NCBI GenBank assembly: GCA_051013385.1
Contig: CP143273.1
Location: 96,001 to 160,000 of the forward strand
DNA: 64,000 nt
Reading direction: 5' to 3'
Source of the DNA: Phormidium sp.
Lineage (GTDB): Bacteria > Cyanobacteriota > Cyanobacteriia > Cyanobacteriales > Aerosakkonemataceae
The notes under the pieces were generated by a model, which saw only the letters and a list, made by a program, of their open reading frames with translations, had not been told where the DNA came from and made no database searches. Position numbers and translations under genes: made by a program. How positions within the stretch are numbered: the first letter of the stretch is position 1; each line of letters opens with the position of its first letter. Below, in pieces: positions 48,823 through 60,564 of this stretch.

Positions 48823-50487
48823 ATGACGCTTCTCCAATATTCAGAAGATAAAAACCAACCAACTCATCAAGAGGAACATGATAAAAGACCAGAGACTTAT
48901 ACAGGCATTTATGCGATGCACAAGTACTGGTCTAAAAAACCATATAATCTGGTAGCAAATTATATAAAGAAATATTCAGAACCAGGAAACATCATTCTCG
49001 ATCCATTCTGTGGTTCAGGTGTAACAGTCATTGAAAGTATTCGTCTGGGTCGATGTGCAATTGGAAATGATATAAATCCAGTTGCAGTTCTATTAACCAA
49101 GATGGGACTAAAACATATAGATATCCAAGCAATAAAAAACGAGTTTGAAGTTCTTAAGAAGAAGGTAATAGCAGAAATAGATGAACTTTATAGAACTGAT
49201 TGTCCAAAGTGTAAAAGCGTCAACGCAATTGCTACTCATACAATTTGGAGTGGTGATACACCTATAGAAGTATGGGTACAATGTGAGCAATGTAAAACAA
49301 AAAAATCTATTAAACCTTCTTCACAAAAAGATAAGGATGCTGCAATTAAACCACTGCTTGCACCTCTTTGGTATCCAACTACAGAATTGATAGAGAATCC
49401 CCGAATTAATGCTAAAGCAGGCTATCGGGTTTGTGATTTATTTACCCCCCGGTCTATTTCTGCTCTATCTATTCTTCTATCAGCAATTCACCAGATTCAA
49501 AATAAAGATGCTAGGTCTGTTTTAGAGTTTTGCTTTAGTGCAGCATTGCCGCAAGCAAGTAATATGGTTTTTGTAATTCGTCGTCGGGGAAAATTGAATG
49601 GGAAAACTTCACAAGGACGAGCAGAAGTTGGTAGTTGGGTTATTGGATATTGGGTTCCAACAGAGCATTTTGAGATTCATGTATGGAGATGTTTTGAAAA
49701 TCGGTTTCGTCGAATCTTAAAAGGCAAGCAAGAGGTTAATAAAGTTATACCTATTACTGCATCTGAATGCGTTTCCTTTGAGAAATTTAAGCAAACTAAA
49801 CTTGGGTACTTGATCAGCCAAGGAACAGCTACCAATCTCAATATTCCATCAGATTCAGTAGATTATATTTTCACAGATCCACCACACGGTAATCGGGTTC
49901 CTTATCTGGAACTCAGCTTAATGTGGAATTCATGGTTGAATCTATATTCGGATTGGGATAATGAGATAGTTGTGTCGGAAGCAAGATTACGTCGAAAAGA
50001 TATAAGTGACTATCAAAAAAGGCTTGAAATTTCATTTTTTGAAATGTGGCGAGTTTTGAAGGAAGGAAAATATATCTCAGTTGCATTTAATAGTCTTGAC
50101 GATAAAACATGGTTATCTCTTTTAAATGCTATGTTAAAAGCTGGGTTTGAAGTAGTAGAAATAAAACCATTAGAATATTCTGCTAGATCTGTAGTTCAAG
50201 ATAGCAGAAAAAATGCTTTAAAGACGGATTTTGTAATAACTTGCACCAAAAAAAAGGCTTGCGAAAAAACTGAGCTTATATTTGATGATTCCGAAAAACA
50301 GATTGAAGCTTTGATCGGGAATTATATTTCTAAATGTAACAAAGGAATAGAGACTTATAAAATTTTGAACTATGTCTTGATTCAAGGTATCTATTCTGGA
50401 AAGCTTTTCAGGGTATCTAATATCTTAAGCTGTATAGAAAATTTAACCACCTTAAGTGGTTCAACATGGCGTATAGGAGAATTATAA
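48823..50487 (+). CDS. Amino-DNA methyltransferase with zinc ribbon
   Basis: HKYWSKKP, LDPFCGSG (motif I), CPKC...CEQC, TDPPH (motif IV), RVLKEG. Confidence 0.85.
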   Translation: MTLLQYSEDKNQPTHQEEHDKRPETYTGIYAMHKYWSKKPYNLVANYIKKYSEPGNIILDPFCGSGVTVIESIRLGRCAIGNDINPVAVLLTKMGLKHIDIQAIKNEFEVLKKKVIAEIDELYRTDCPKCKSVNAIATHTIWSGDTPIEVWVQCEQCKTKKSIKPSSQKDKDAAIKPLLAPLWYPTTELIENPRINAKAGYRVCDLFTPRSISALSILLSAIHQIQNKDARSVLEFCFSAALPQASNMVFVIRRRGKLNGKTSQGRAEVGSWVIGYWVPTEHFEIHVWRCFENRFRRILKGKQEVNKVIPITASECVSFEKFKQTKLGYLISQGTATNLNIPSDSVDYIFTDPPHGNRVPYLELSLMWNSWLNLYSDWDNEIVVSEARLRRKDISDYQKRLEISFFEMWRVLKEGKYISVAFNSLDDKTWLSLLNAMLKAGFEVVEIKPLEYSARSVVQDSRKNALKTDFVITCTKKKACEKTELIFDDSEKQIEALIGNYISKCNKGIETYKILNYVLIQGIYSGKLFRVSNILSCIENLTTLSGSTWRIGEL

Positions 50488-50496
50488 AAAAAGACT

Positions 50497-51606
50497 ATGG
50501 CATCTGATTTTAACTCTCTTCGTAAACTATATGATGAAGATAAATTTGCCGACTTGTTACGCGATCCAGATGGAGTGTATTGGTTGAAGTTACGTTCTGT
50601 ATCTCGACCTAAACTGCTTCGCCAACTCTGCCAAAAACTATCTATCAACTATGAAGGTATCTCTAGTAAGAACTCTCAGCTTTTAGAATATGTATTTAAC
50701 AGTAAGCCTAATTCTCAGGAGCTAGAAGATTTCATTCATGAGATATATCAATTGGAACGGAAAAAACGTCAGGAAAATGAAGACAATCTTATTTCACAAT
50801 TGTATCAAATGCAAATCTTTAACTGGGGTGGATTATATCAGAACCAGCTTGAACAAACTATAATAAATAATTACGTCAAGAAGATTGATAGTTGGGATAA
50901 GCTTAATAGGGCTATAGAAAATGAGATTAATGCTAGTATGCGAGGCTATGTTCAATGTTCATGGTACAACCATTGGACATCAATTATTATTGAGGATATA
51001 TTTAACGATCATCCCTCGGTTTTACCTGCTGTTGGAAAGCCTAAGAAAGTAGACTTCTTTATTCACAATTTCCCTTTTGATTTGAAAACTACTTATTTCC
51101 CCGATGGATACATGAAACTACTTCGTGATGTTGAAAAACTTCCTTCAGAGTTAGCTTCAATGAAATCTTTTTGCAAACAGGAGAATATAAAGTTTGAAGC
51201 CAAGAAACCTGACAGTATTTTATTTCCAGAATTACTTACAAAAATTTCAGAACATCCATCACCAGCTGCTCGTGATTTCATTGTAGAGTTTAGGGCAACA
51301 CGAGCAAGATTAATTCAGAAAGCAATTGATGATCCTACAGATTTGAAAATTTGGCTTTACGAAAATCAAGGTGTACGTAGGTTCGATGCCTCAAACAGGT
51401 TTTTCTTGGTTCTAATTGACAAAAGAAATCTTGAAGATAGTTGGAAATTGAAACGTAACAAAACACTTCTAGTAAATGAAATCCATTCACATTTGGATTC
51501 TCTATCTTCTAGTAACATAGAGAATCTTCAGCTAGAATTTAGCTGGCAAAATAGTATCTACGAAACTTATTCAGATGTATTGTTCGTTGTGTTTGATCCT
51601 GTCTGA
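50497..51606 (+). CDS. Putative type II restriction endonuclease
   Basis: Directly downstream of the MTase; VDFF...FDLKTT PD-(D/E)xK-like motif. Confidence 0.6.
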   Translation: MASDFNSLRKLYDEDKFADLLRDPDGVYWLKLRSVSRPKLLRQLCQKLSINYEGISSKNSQLLEYVFNSKPNSQELEDFIHEIYQLERKKRQENEDNLISQLYQMQIFNWGGLYQNQLEQTIINNYVKKIDSWDKLNRAIENEINASMRGYVQCSWYNHWTSIIIEDIFNDHPSVLPAVGKPKKVDFFIHNFPFDLKTTYFPDGYMKLLRDVEKLPSELASMKSFCKQENIKFEAKKPDSILFPELLTKISEHPSPAARDFIVEFRATRARLIQKAIDDPTDLKIWLYENQGVRRFDASNRFFLVLIDKRNLEDSWKLKRNKTLLVNEIHSHLDSLSSSNIENLQLEFSWQNSIYETYSDVLFVVFDPV

Positions 51607-51802
51607 AAAAGTATCGTGTTCACCAATCCACGCTGGGACAAATTTGTTCTCTGTTTCCTTTTTCCACCAAAATGTTCCGTCTTAGATTGATGGCAAAGTA
51701 TAGCTCTTCTACCATAAAAAAAACGATCGCCCTCTCCCCACAATCAAGAAAGAACGATCGCCAAACATTCAACACAATTCAACACAAGTAGAAGAAGAAA
51801 AC

Positions 51803-53494
51803 TTATTTCACAATTCCCGCAACTGTAGCGATTTCTGTCTCAACAATTTGCGGAGAACTTAAAAACCCTTTGGCATAAACTTGTCGATTACCTTGGGCAA
51901 TTTGAGTGTAAGACTGACGGACTTCCGCGTTTACTGCCACAGTTTTTACATCGTATAACTTAGTAGCTAATTTCGGATAGAAACCAATCCCAATTATTAG
52001 CACCAAAAAGCTAGCAGCGATGAAGATTTCACGGGGACTTGCATCTCTAAAGTGAGCATTTGCAGGTAACACGCAGCTAGTACCAAAGCAGACAGCTTCT
52101 TGATCTCCCGAAGCTTTGACAGTTTCATTACCCAGGTTGCAAATCGGTGCTGCACCAGAGTTAAAGAAGATTTGACGCAGCATTGAAAGCAAGTAAATTG
52201 GAGTGAGAATCACACCCACTGCGGCGAGGAAAACTGTAACTGTGCGGAAAGTAGAACTGTAGATATCGCCTGTAGTTACACCCACGAAAACCGAGAGTTC
52301 GCTAGCAAAACCGCTCATTCCAGGGAGTGCTAAAGATGCCATTGCGCCTGCGGTGAACAGTGCAAAAACCTTCGGCATTGCTTGACCAATTCCGCCCATT
52401 TCATCTAATGCTAGGGTATGAGTGCGATCGTAAGTCACACCAGCCAAGAAGAACAACACCGCAGCAATTAAACCGTGAGAAATCATTTGCAGCATTGCGC
52501 CACTCACACCTAAATCAGTGTAGGAAGCAATACCCAGCAACACAAAACCCATGTGGGAAACGGAAGAGTAAGCGAGGCGGCGCTTCATGTTAGTTTGACC
52601 AAAAGAAGTCAACGCGCCATAAACAATGTTAACTACACCTAAGATTGCTAAAACCGGAGCAAAGTAAACATGAGCATCATTGAGCATTTCCATGTTCAAG
52701 CGAATTAACCCATATCCGCCCATTTTCAGCAATACACCAGCCAAAATCATCGATACAGGAGCCGAAGCTTCACCATGGGCGTCAGGTAGCCAGGTGTGCA
52801 TCGGGAAAATCGCGAGTTTAACACCGAAAGCAATCAGTAAACCCGCATATAGTAAGAGTTCTAGTACTAATGGGTAATTCCTTGTGGCGAGTTCTGCCAT
52901 ATCAAAAGTGATATTGCCACCGCCGTAAAGCCCCATTGCTAAGGCTGCTACCAAGATAAATATAGAAGCTAATGCAGTATAAAGGATGAATTTTGTAGCG
53001 GCGTAACGGCGTTTTGGGCCACCCCAGATGGAGACAAGCAAATAAACGGGAACTAGTTCTACTTCCCACATGATGAAAAGTAGTAACAAATCTTGAGCGA
53101 CGAAAACCCCAATCTGTGCCGAATATAGTACCAGCATCAGGAAGTAGAATAGGCGGGGTTTGCGATCGACTTGCCAAGCCGACAAAATCGCTAAAGTAGT
53201 CACAAAACCAGCCAGAAGCACCAGTGGTACAGATAGTCCATCCACCGAAACTGACCAGTTAAGACCTATCTGCGGTACCCAAGCATACTTTTCCGCGAGT
53301 TGAAAAGTAGCAGTGGTTGGATCGTAATGCTTCCAGAAGGCATAGCACATCAACACAAAATCTGCGATACCTACGCCAAGAGCATACCACCGCACGCGCT
53401 TGCCATCTTTGTCGGGCAATACGGGAATCAGCAGGGATGCTACCAGGGGGAGCAGGACGATCGCAGTCAGCCAGGGAAATTGAGCTTCTATCAT
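51803..53494 (-). CDS. ndhD: NAD(P)H-quinone oxidoreductase subunit 4 (possibly NdhD2 type)
   Basis: [41 protein letters not shown]. Confidence 0.93.
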   Translation of the reverse strand: MIEAQFPWLTAIVLLPLVASLLIPVLPDKDGKRVRWYALGVGIADFVLMCYAFWKHYDPTTATFQLAEKYAWVPQIGLNWSVSVDGLSVPLVLLAGFVTTLAILSAWQVDRKPRLFYFLMLVLYSAQIGVFVAQDLLLLFIMWEVELVPVYLLVSIWGGPKRRYAATKFILYTALASIFILVAALAMGLYGGGNITFDMAELATRNYPLVLELLLYAGLLIAFGVKLAIFPMHTWLPDAHGEASAPVSMILAGVLLKMGGYGLIRLNMEMLNDAHVYFAPVLAILGVVNIVYGALTSFGQTNMKRRLAYSSVSHMGFVLLGIASYTDLGVSGAMLQMISHGLIAAVLFFLAGVTYDRTHTLALDEMGGIGQAMPKVFALFTAGAMASLALPGMSGFASELSVFVGVTTGDIYSSTFRTVTVFLAAVGVILTPIYLLSMLRQIFFNSGAAPICNLGNETVKASGDQEAVCFGTSCVLPANAHFRDASPREIFIAASFLVLIIGIGFYPKLATKLYDVKTVAVNAEVRQSYTQIAQGNRQVYAKGFLSSPQIVETEIATVAGIVK

Positions 53495-53614
53495 GGCCTT
53501 GAGCAAAAATACTTATTTATTCGATGTTTATATTGTATTAAACTTCGTAACAATTTAGTAACATTTTTTGATAAATCTTTTCCTCCTATAGGTATATAGA
53601 CTTATCTATACCTG

Positions 53615-53790
53615 GGGAGATGAGGAAATGGGGTGATGGGGAGGTGGGGTGATGGGGGGATGGGGTGATGGGGAGTGATGGGGTGATGGGGAAGTTTAAC
53701 TCAAAACTCAAAAAACGAAGCTAAGAACTCCCCCCACCTCCCCACCTCCCCACCTCCCCACCTCCCCACCTCCTCTGCCCCTCTGCCCGA
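53615..53790. repeat. G-rich GGGG(A/T)GAT array opposed to C-rich CTCCCCAC array
   Basis: Directly visible between divergent ndhD and psb32. Confidence 0.75.
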
Positions 53791-53838
53791 TAAAGATATA
53801 AAGTATTTTTGGGGAAGTTTTTTTTAAGGTTCGATCCC

Positions 53839-54564
53839 ATGCAACAGTTCTTATATCACATTTATTCTGGGAGAAGATATCTCCAACGTCTGTTTTTGTC
53901 CTTAGTATTAATGGTGTTAGCAATGCAGAGTTTTGCGACACCAGCTAATGCTACAGGTGCTTATGATATACCCAGTTTAGTAGCGGGGGAAAAAACTTGG
54001 ATTATCGACCAAGCAGAAGTTCTCAGCCGTATTAGTGAAGGGCAAATTAACAATACTTTAGGAAATTTGGCTTCTGAAACCGGAAATGAGGTGAGATTTG
54101 TCACCATTCACCGCTTAGATTATGACGAAACCGCCCAAAGTTTTACCGATAAACTATTTGAAAGATGGTTTCCCACACCGGAAACCCAAGCTAATCAAAC
54201 TTTGATAGCGATCGATACTGTAACTAACACCACAGGAATTCGCACTGGGGAAAAAGTAAAATCTCTGATGTCGGATGAGATTGCCCAAAGTGTGGCTTCC
54301 GAAACGGTATTAGTGCCTTTGCGAGCAGGTGACAAATACAATCAAGCTTTTGTGGATGCAAGCGATCGCATTTTTGCAGTATTATCTGGTAAACCCGATC
54401 CTGGTGCGCCCGTAGTTGCCGACAATTTAAAAGTAGAAAGTACCTTTAAAAAAGCCGAAGAAACTGATACTGGCGGTTCAACTATTTGGGTTATTGGCTT
54501 ATTAATTGCTGCCACCGTAATTCCAATGGCAACCTACTTCTGGTATCAGTCTATGGGTTCTTAA
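53839..54564 (+). CDS. psb32: Photosystem II repair protein Psb32 (TPM domain)
   Basis: VRFVTIHRLDY, YNQAF.DASDR, LSGKPDPG, LLIAATVIPMATYF. Confidence 0.88.
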   Translation: MQQFLYHIYSGRRYLQRLFLSLVLMVLAMQSFATPANATGAYDIPSLVAGEKTWIIDQAEVLSRISEGQINNTLGNLASETGNEVRFVTIHRLDYDETAQSFTDKLFERWFPTPETQANQTLIAIDTVTNTTGIRTGEKVKSLMSDEIAQSVASETVLVPLRAGDKYNQAFVDASDRIFAVLSGKPDPGAPVVADNLKVESTFKKAEETDTGGSTIWVIGLLIAATVIPMATYFWYQSMGS

Positions 54565-54965
54565 TCCTGAATGTACTCTTGTCCATTCACTAAAGCCAAC
54601 TCAGCCCGGACAAACTCTCGTCCCAAATAACCAGCATGATCTAAATAAGTAACGGGACAGGGCTGAGTTTCTTCCAAAATTTTCACACAAAGTTCCTTGG
54701 CAGTTCTGCCAGTATATAAAGTTGTGTGAGTCCGTTCAACTTTACCTTTGGCAGGAATTACTTTTCCGGTTTCTGGATCGACAGCTAAACCACGTTCATC
54801 AATGACATTAGTGTAATGTTTGGCGCAGATCAATCCGGCTTCTCTATCTAAATAGATAATAAAATATCCGGCAGGGTCAAGCTTAATATCACGTTGAGAA
54901 AGTCGATCGTCAATTAATGCAAGGTCTTGTTTAGTTTGAGTCATTTCAGGCGAACTAGATGGCAT
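54561..54965 (-). CDS. DUF4346-domain protein
   Basis: LDPAGYFII, GRTAKEL, DHAGYLGRE, YIQD. Confidence 0.85.
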   Translation of the reverse strand: MPSSSPEMTQTKQDLALIDDRLSQRDIKLDPAGYFIIYLDREAGLICAKHYTNVIDERGLAVDPETGKVIPAKGKVERTHTTLYTGRTAKELCVKILEETQPCPVTYLDHAGYLGREFVRAELALVNGQEYIQD

Positions 54966-55139
54966 AATTCCAAAAAATTAATCAACTCCGAATCGGAAAA
55001 CGATCGCAAAACACAATCTTACTCATCATATCAAATTTACCAGTAATTTCGACTAAAATTACCGTTTCTTTTGATTCTTCTTTGCGTCCTTCGCGTCTTC
55101 GCGGTTCCCTAAAAAATATTCTGGTAAAACCAAAGGATA

Positions 55140-56348
55140 CTATTCGTTTTCCAACTCCATCTGTAACTCAGGTTGCCGCTGACTGAAGGGAATATCCAAA
55201 TTAATTGCCTCAATTTGTTGCCTTTCAATTTCGTTAACTTCGCTAATGTAAGACTTGAGAATTTTGCTTAAGCGGGGGTGATAAAAGCGGTGGAGACTGT
55301 GGTTAGGAGTTGCGGGAAAACCTCGGCGTTTTTTATGTTGTCCACCTGCACCCGGATCGAACACTTGCACGCCATGAGCAATTCCCCATTCAATTGGGGT
55401 ATAGTAGCAAGCATCAAAGTGTAAACAATCTATCTCTTGGAAACAACCCCAATAACGCCCGTAAAGCCGATCGCCCTTATAAATACAAAAAGACATTGCC
55501 ATTGGTTGATGAGTATTTTGTTCGTTATAAGCAGCAACCAACAGAACGCGATCGCGATAACTAGAATAAAGTTGCTCAAAGAACTTTTTCGTTAAATATT
55601 TACTACCCCACCAGCCAAACTTGTCACAATGATGACTGTAGAAATTGTACATTTGTGTCAACAAAGGCTTAGAAATTTCCTCACCTGTTAAAGTGCGAAT
55701 TTGTAAACCTTCCTTTTCTACAGCTTTGCGTTCTCTTTTAATATTGCGCCGTTGATTGGCATTAAACACCCCTAAATAATCATCGAAAGTTTTAAAGCCT
55801 TCGTTTTTCCAGATGTAACTGTGGTGTAACCAACTAAAGAAACCGTGACGTTCCATAACTAGTCGCCATTCTGGATCGACATAGAGGAAATTACAACCGG
55901 AAATTTGATTACGATCGCAAAAATGATCGATCGCATTGATCATCATCTGGGTTAACTCATCCTCATCTTCCCCCGGCGCAATCAAAAATCGATACCCTTC
56001 CGCTGGAGTAACCGGAGTCATCCCCAACAATTTCGGATAATATTGAATCCCCAAACGGTTTGCCAAATCTGCCCATTGGTGATCGAAGACAAACTCGCCA
56101 TAACTATGACTTTTAACATAAAGCGGGGCAGCCGCAATTAATTGTCGATCGCGCCACACCGTTAAATGGTTCGGTAGCCATCCCGTTTGTCCCTTAGCAC
56201 TACCCGAACTTTCCATATTGTGCAGCCACTCCCACTCCAAAAAGGGAGTTTTTAAAGGCATTGCCAAAGCATCCCATTCAGATTGGGGGATTTGGGCAAT
56301 GTTATTAATCCAAGAAACCGAATAGCGAGGCTTAATTTGTTCTACCAT
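55140..56348 (-). CDS. GNAT/FemAB-like protein (DUF482)
   Basis: HSYGEFVFDHQWA, LYGRYWG, GAGGQHK..RGF. Confidence 0.88.
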   Translation of the reverse strand: MVEQIKPRYSVSWINNIAQIPQSEWDALAMPLKTPFLEWEWLHNMESSGSAKGQTGWLPNHLTVWRDRQLIAAAPLYVKSHSYGEFVFDHQWADLANRLGIQYYPKLLGMTPVTPAEGYRFLIAPGEDEDELTQMMINAIDHFCDRNQISGCNFLYVDPEWRLVMERHGFFSWLHHSYIWKNEGFKTFDDYLGVFNANQRRNIKRERKAVEKEGLQIRTLTGEEISKPLLTQMYNFYSHHCDKFGWWGSKYLTKKFFEQLYSSYRDRVLLVAAYNEQNTHQPMAMSFCIYKGDRLYGRYWGCFQEIDCLHFDACYYTPIEWGIAHGVQVFDPGAGGQHKKRRGFPATPNHSLHRFYHPRLSKILKSYISEVNEIERQQIEAINLDIPFSQRQPELQMELENE

Positions 56349-56401
56349 CTGGCCCAATTGGGAGCAAAAGTTCAAACTTTCTTTAAATTAATCCAATTTT
56401 G

Positions 56402-57085
56402 CTAACGTTGCAGCCGATAATGCAAGAAGACCTCTTGCTCTACTCTTTCCACAGCTAAAAGTTGCAACTTAGGAGCCAAATTAGTCAAAAAACCCGTACC
56501 TGCCACTGGAGTTGGCGCATTTTCTCCCCCTAAGATTAGCGGACAAACCGTAAGCCAAATTTCGTCCACTAAATCCGCCGCTAACAGGGAAGCCACCAGT
56601 TTCCCACCACCCAAAACCGCTACCTTTTGCAAACCCATTTCCGTGAGTTTTTCTCCAGCAGCTACCCAGTTAATCCCCCCCTCTACCATTTCAATTGCAA
56701 AGACTTTGTGAAACTCTCTTTTTTGCTGCCAAAATTGGGAACCATTAATAGTAGTGAATAGCCAACGGGGAACTTGCTGTTTAAAGAAGCGCAACTGGGG
56801 ATCTATTTTTCCCGAACTCGAACACACAATATGAATGGGTTGACTTCTTTTACCTTGCAGTTCTCGTAGTTTAAGTAACTCAGGATCGGAGATCGTTAAG
56901 GTTGTACCGTATGCTCGTAATGTACCAGCACCAAATAAAACCCCATCGACTAAAGCAATCTGTTTTTCTAAGTGCGCTTTATCAACCGCAGAACCAAATC
57001 TGGCGGGAGATGCTTGGGAGTCAGCAATTTTGCCGTCAGCACTCATCGCTAGAACTACAATGGTATAAGGGCGATTTGTCACCAA
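56402..57085 (-). CDS. RibD C-terminal (reductase) domain protein
   Basis: AMSADGKI, GAGTLR, LGGGKL, VDEIWLTVCPLILGG. Confidence 0.85.
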   Translation of the reverse strand: MVTNRPYTIVVLAMSADGKIADSQASPARFGSAVDKAHLEKQIALVDGVLFGAGTLRAYGTTLTISDPELLKLRELQGKRSQPIHIVCSSSGKIDPQLRFFKQQVPRWLFTTINGSQFWQQKREFHKVFAIEMVEGGINWVAAGEKLTEMGLQKVAVLGGGKLVASLLAADLVDEIWLTVCPLILGGENAPTPVAGTGFLTNLAPKLQLLAVERVEQEVFLHYRLQR

Positions 57086-57339
57086 AACTTAAAACCTCTC
57101 ACTTTTACAATTTCTCTTGGGGATTTTTCACTCATTTTCGGGAGAAGAATAGCAGACAAGTTTCTTATAATGGTGGTTATCGATCGCTACGCAGTAGACT
57201 ATCATTAGCGTATACCAGTTATCTACTTTCAGGCATTCTATTATTCTTCCTACGTGGCGACATAATCCTTAGTCCTTGTCTGGTTGTTTACTACTAAGTT
57301 ACTACTTCCCTTTAACTATTAATTTTTTAGAGACTCGCT

Positions 57340-59304
57340 ATGGGTAAGCTAGGTCAATCTTCTTTTCGCCGCATTTTACTATCCCGTATCCTACTGTTAA
57401 GTGTACCAATATTATTAGTAGGGGAGTATGTAACATACAAAAAAGCTCGTTCTGCTTTGTTAGAAACTGCCCGCCAAAACTTAACAGAGAGTGCTGTGAG
57501 AAAGGGGGAAAGAATTGAAGAATTAATAGCTGCTTTGAAGTCTAACTTAATGGCAGCAAGTCAATCAGCTGTTCTCAAGTCTAATTCATCCATTCAAAGC
57601 AATCAAAATTTTATTTCAGAATTAGCTGCTCAGTTACCAACTAAAATACAGTGTATACAATTAACTAATTTTCAGACAAGTCAAGTTATTGCTGGTACTT
57701 GTGGCGATCGTCCAATTGTTTCTTTACCTCCTAATTTATGGACGAAAAAACAAACTGAATTACTGCCAGATTTGTCAAATGTTTATCTGACGACTCAGAT
57801 TAGCCAAAAAGCCATAAATAACACCAACAATCCCCTTAATAAAAATCACTTCCAACTGATTTTAAGTACACCTGTTTATAATAGTGCTGGTCAACTCCAA
57901 AATGTACTAACTGTAAAATCTATAATCAACCAACAACAACGCGATCTCTCCGGCTCTCTTTACGGCAATACAGTAGTAATTGACCAAGATGGTACAATTT
58001 TAGAACATCCCCAAACAGAGCGACAAGGAAAAAACATTTCTCAACAAAGAGATGCCTCTAGGCTAGAAGCAATCCTCAGAAATGCGATTAACGGACAACA
58101 ATATTTTCTTCACTTATCCGACTTTCAAGATGAGGGAGTAGAATCAGTAGTTGGTTATTCAGCTATTCCTAGTCCTTTAAGTAAACAAAAAAATACTAAA
58201 TGGGTAATCTTAGCAGTTGCTAATATCGATAATGCTTTGTATCGCCTGGAAGAAATTAAGCAAGTGTTATTAATGCTCACTTTAGGCTTAATCGCTGCTA
58301 TTTTATTAGCAACTTTATATTTGTCTCGTGACTTAGCACGCCCTTTAGAACAATTAGGTGATTACGCTTTAAATGTTGGCAAAGATCGCTCAACAGTGAA
58401 AATTACCCCGACATTTAAAATTAGTGAATTAAATCAATTAAGTGAATCTCTTGACAGCATGGTTGGGAGATTAACAATTTGGGCGGAAGAATTAGAAAAT
58501 GCTTGGAAAGAAGCGCAAACAGCGAACAAATTAAAAACCGAATTTCTCGCTAATACTTCCCATGAATTAAGAACACCTTTAAATGCAATTATTGGTTGTA
58601 TTCGCTTGGTGCGTGATGGTTGTTGTGACGATCGCGAAGAAGAATTAGACTTGCTACAAAAAGCTGATGATGCAGCGATTCACCTATTACATATTATTAA
58701 CGACATTCTGGATTTATCGAAAATAGAATCTGGTACACTTTCTGTAGTCATGCGACCTGTGGATGTGCGATCGATCCTCAAAGAAGTAATCGATTTGCAA
58801 ATGGTTCATATTAATCAAAAAGGCTTACAACTATTATTCACTACACCAGAACAACCTATTACAGTTCAAGCAGATCCAGCCAAATTAAAACAAGTTTTCC
58901 TCAATGTAATCGGTAACGCTGTTAAATTTACCGAAAAAGGTAGCATCACTATTACTACTACCTTAGAATCAATTCCTAGTAAACAAACCAACAATAACAA
59001 TTATTGGGTATTGGTAAAAGTCAAAGACACAGGAATTGGTATCCCAGTAGAAGAACAAAAAAAATTATTCCGTCCCTTTGTCATGGCTGATGGAACTAGA
59101 ACTCGCAAGTATGGCGGAACTGGGTTAGGTTTAGCCATTTCCCGCAAAATTATGGCACTAATGGAAGGTACAATTAATTTGCACAGTCCTGGCGTAGATT
59201 TGGGTACCACACTAGAAATTTCCATGCCAATAGTTAGTTCTGGCTTTTTTACCACTGGAACTGAATCCTCAACAGATAATAAAGCAGAAGTTCAAAGTTT
59301 GTAG
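57340..59304 (+). CDS. Membrane sensor histidine kinase (Cache/HAMP)
   Basis: Two TM segments, SHELRTPLN, GGTGLGL. Confidence 0.92.
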   Translation: MGKLGQSSFRRILLSRILLLSVPILLVGEYVTYKKARSALLETARQNLTESAVRKGERIEELIAALKSNLMAASQSAVLKSNSSIQSNQNFISELAAQLPTKIQCIQLTNFQTSQVIAGTCGDRPIVSLPPNLWTKKQTELLPDLSNVYLTTQISQKAINNTNNPLNKNHFQLILSTPVYNSAGQLQNVLTVKSIINQQQRDLSGSLYGNTVVIDQDGTILEHPQTERQGKNISQQRDASRLEAILRNAINGQQYFLHLSDFQDEGVESVVGYSAIPSPLSKQKNTKWVILAVANIDNALYRLEEIKQVLLMLTLGLIAAILLATLYLSRDLARPLEQLGDYALNVGKDRSTVKITPTFKISELNQLSESLDSMVGRLTIWAEELENAWKEAQTANKLKTEFLANTSHELRTPLNAIIGCIRLVRDGCCDDREEELDLLQKADDAAIHLLHIINDILDLSKIESGTLSVVMRPVDVRSILKEVIDLQMVHINQKGLQLLFTTPEQPITVQADPAKLKQVFLNVIGNAVKFTEKGSITITTTLESIPSKQTNNNNYWVLVKVKDTGIGIPVEEQKKLFRPFVMADGTRTRKYGGTGLGLAISRKIMALMEGTINLHSPGVDLGTTLEISMPIVSSGFFTTGTESSTDNKAEVQSL

Positions 59305-59527
59305 TAACGACTTTAGTCGTACATTCCTCAAATAAAACGACTAAAGTCGATACAACGAACCAGCAGAATTGTAGGGTGCGTTAACGCCAGTGTAACGCAC
59401 CATTCCAGCATCTTTAGGGTCAGCGCGTAAGTCCTGAGTTGATTAACTTCCCCTTGTCTTCTTGTCCCCTTGTCCCCTTGTCCCCTTGTCCCCTTGTCCC
59501 CTTGTCCCCTTGTCTCCTTGTCCCCTT
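59300..59527. repeat. REP-like hairpins and CCCCTTGT octamer array
   Basis: ACGACTTTAGTCGT/ACGACTAAAGTCG pair, GTAGGGTGCGTT...AACGCACC, tandem CCCCTTGT. Confidence 0.7.
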
Positions 59528-59541
59528 TAGATACCTGAAGC

Positions 59542-60564
59542 TTATGATAATTTAATCGGTTGTCCTCCTTGCTGTAATGATTGGGTTAAAGCATAGAGAA
59601 TTTCTACTAATTTCGTTCCCACCCAACCAGAAGAAACTGAAGAAGACTCATTTTTTTGAACACATTTTATAAAATGTTCGCAAACTTGTTTTAGTGGTTC
59701 AACTTTAGGAACATCAACAACTTCAAAACCAAGATTTTCTGGATTAAATTTGTTGCCAACTACGGCAAAATTTCCCTTTTGAATTGACAAAGGTGCTGTT
59801 GTTGATAACTCGTCAAAAATTAGTGTACCTTGACTACCAACTACACCTAAACGGCGTTGTTTATCAGTATTCAGCCAACTAACATGGATAAATGCTTGGA
59901 AACCGCTAGGATAAGTAAGAGTTACCCAAACTAAATCATAAAGTGGATTTTCTGTTGCCTCTGTGGGTTGCAACCAAAGTTTACCAGTAGCTTGAACTTG
60001 AGAGGGAGTTTCTGATAACCAATTGTTTAAAATCGCAATATCATGAATGGCTAAATCCCACATGGCATCGACATCGTAGCGCACAGGGCCTAAATTAGTT
60101 CGCGTCGCATAACCATAGCGCAACTCTCCTAAAATTCCTTGTTCCATCACTTTTCTACCTTGTGCTACTGCGGGATGAAACAGGTAAGTTTGATCGACTA
60201 CAAGTTGACGTTGTTGTTGTTCTGCTAAACGGCAAAGTTCTACAGATTCTTGAGGATTAAGAGTTAAGGGTTTTTCGGCTAAAACGTGATAGCCCAAGTT
60301 GAGAGCATCTGCAATTAATTCATAATGAGTAGAGGCGGGAGTGGCAATTACCACAGCATTTAATTGGGGTAATAGTCGCACTTGGGACCATTGGGTTGCT
60401 AAAACTACGGTATCATCTAATTGATGGCGCGATCGCAATTCCTCCAATCTATCCAAATTCGGATCGACTACAGCCGCTAAACGGACTTCAGGAAGTGCCA
60501 AAAAATTTCGCACCAAATGTACGCCCCAACGTCCCGCACCTAAAATCGCAATGTTAATAGTCAT
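59542..60564 (-). CDS. Gfo/Idh/MocA family oxidoreductase
   Basis: GAGRWG, HVLAEKP, DLAIHD. Confidence 0.88.
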   Translation of the reverse strand: MTINIAILGAGRWGVHLVRNFLALPEVRLAAVVDPNLDRLEELRSRHQLDDTVVLATQWSQVRLLPQLNAVVIATPASTHYELIADALNLGYHVLAEKPLTLNPQESVELCRLAEQQQRQLVVDQTYLFHPAVAQGRKVMEQGILGELRYGYATRTNLGPVRYDVDAMWDLAIHDIAILNNWLSETPSQVQATGKLWLQPTEATENPLYDLVWVTLTYPSGFQAFIHVSWLNTDKQRRLGVVGSQGTLIFDELSTTAPLSIQKGNFAVVGNKFNPENLGFEVVDVPKVEPLKQVCEHFIKCVQKNESSSVSSGWVGTKLVEILYALTQSLQQGGQPIKLS

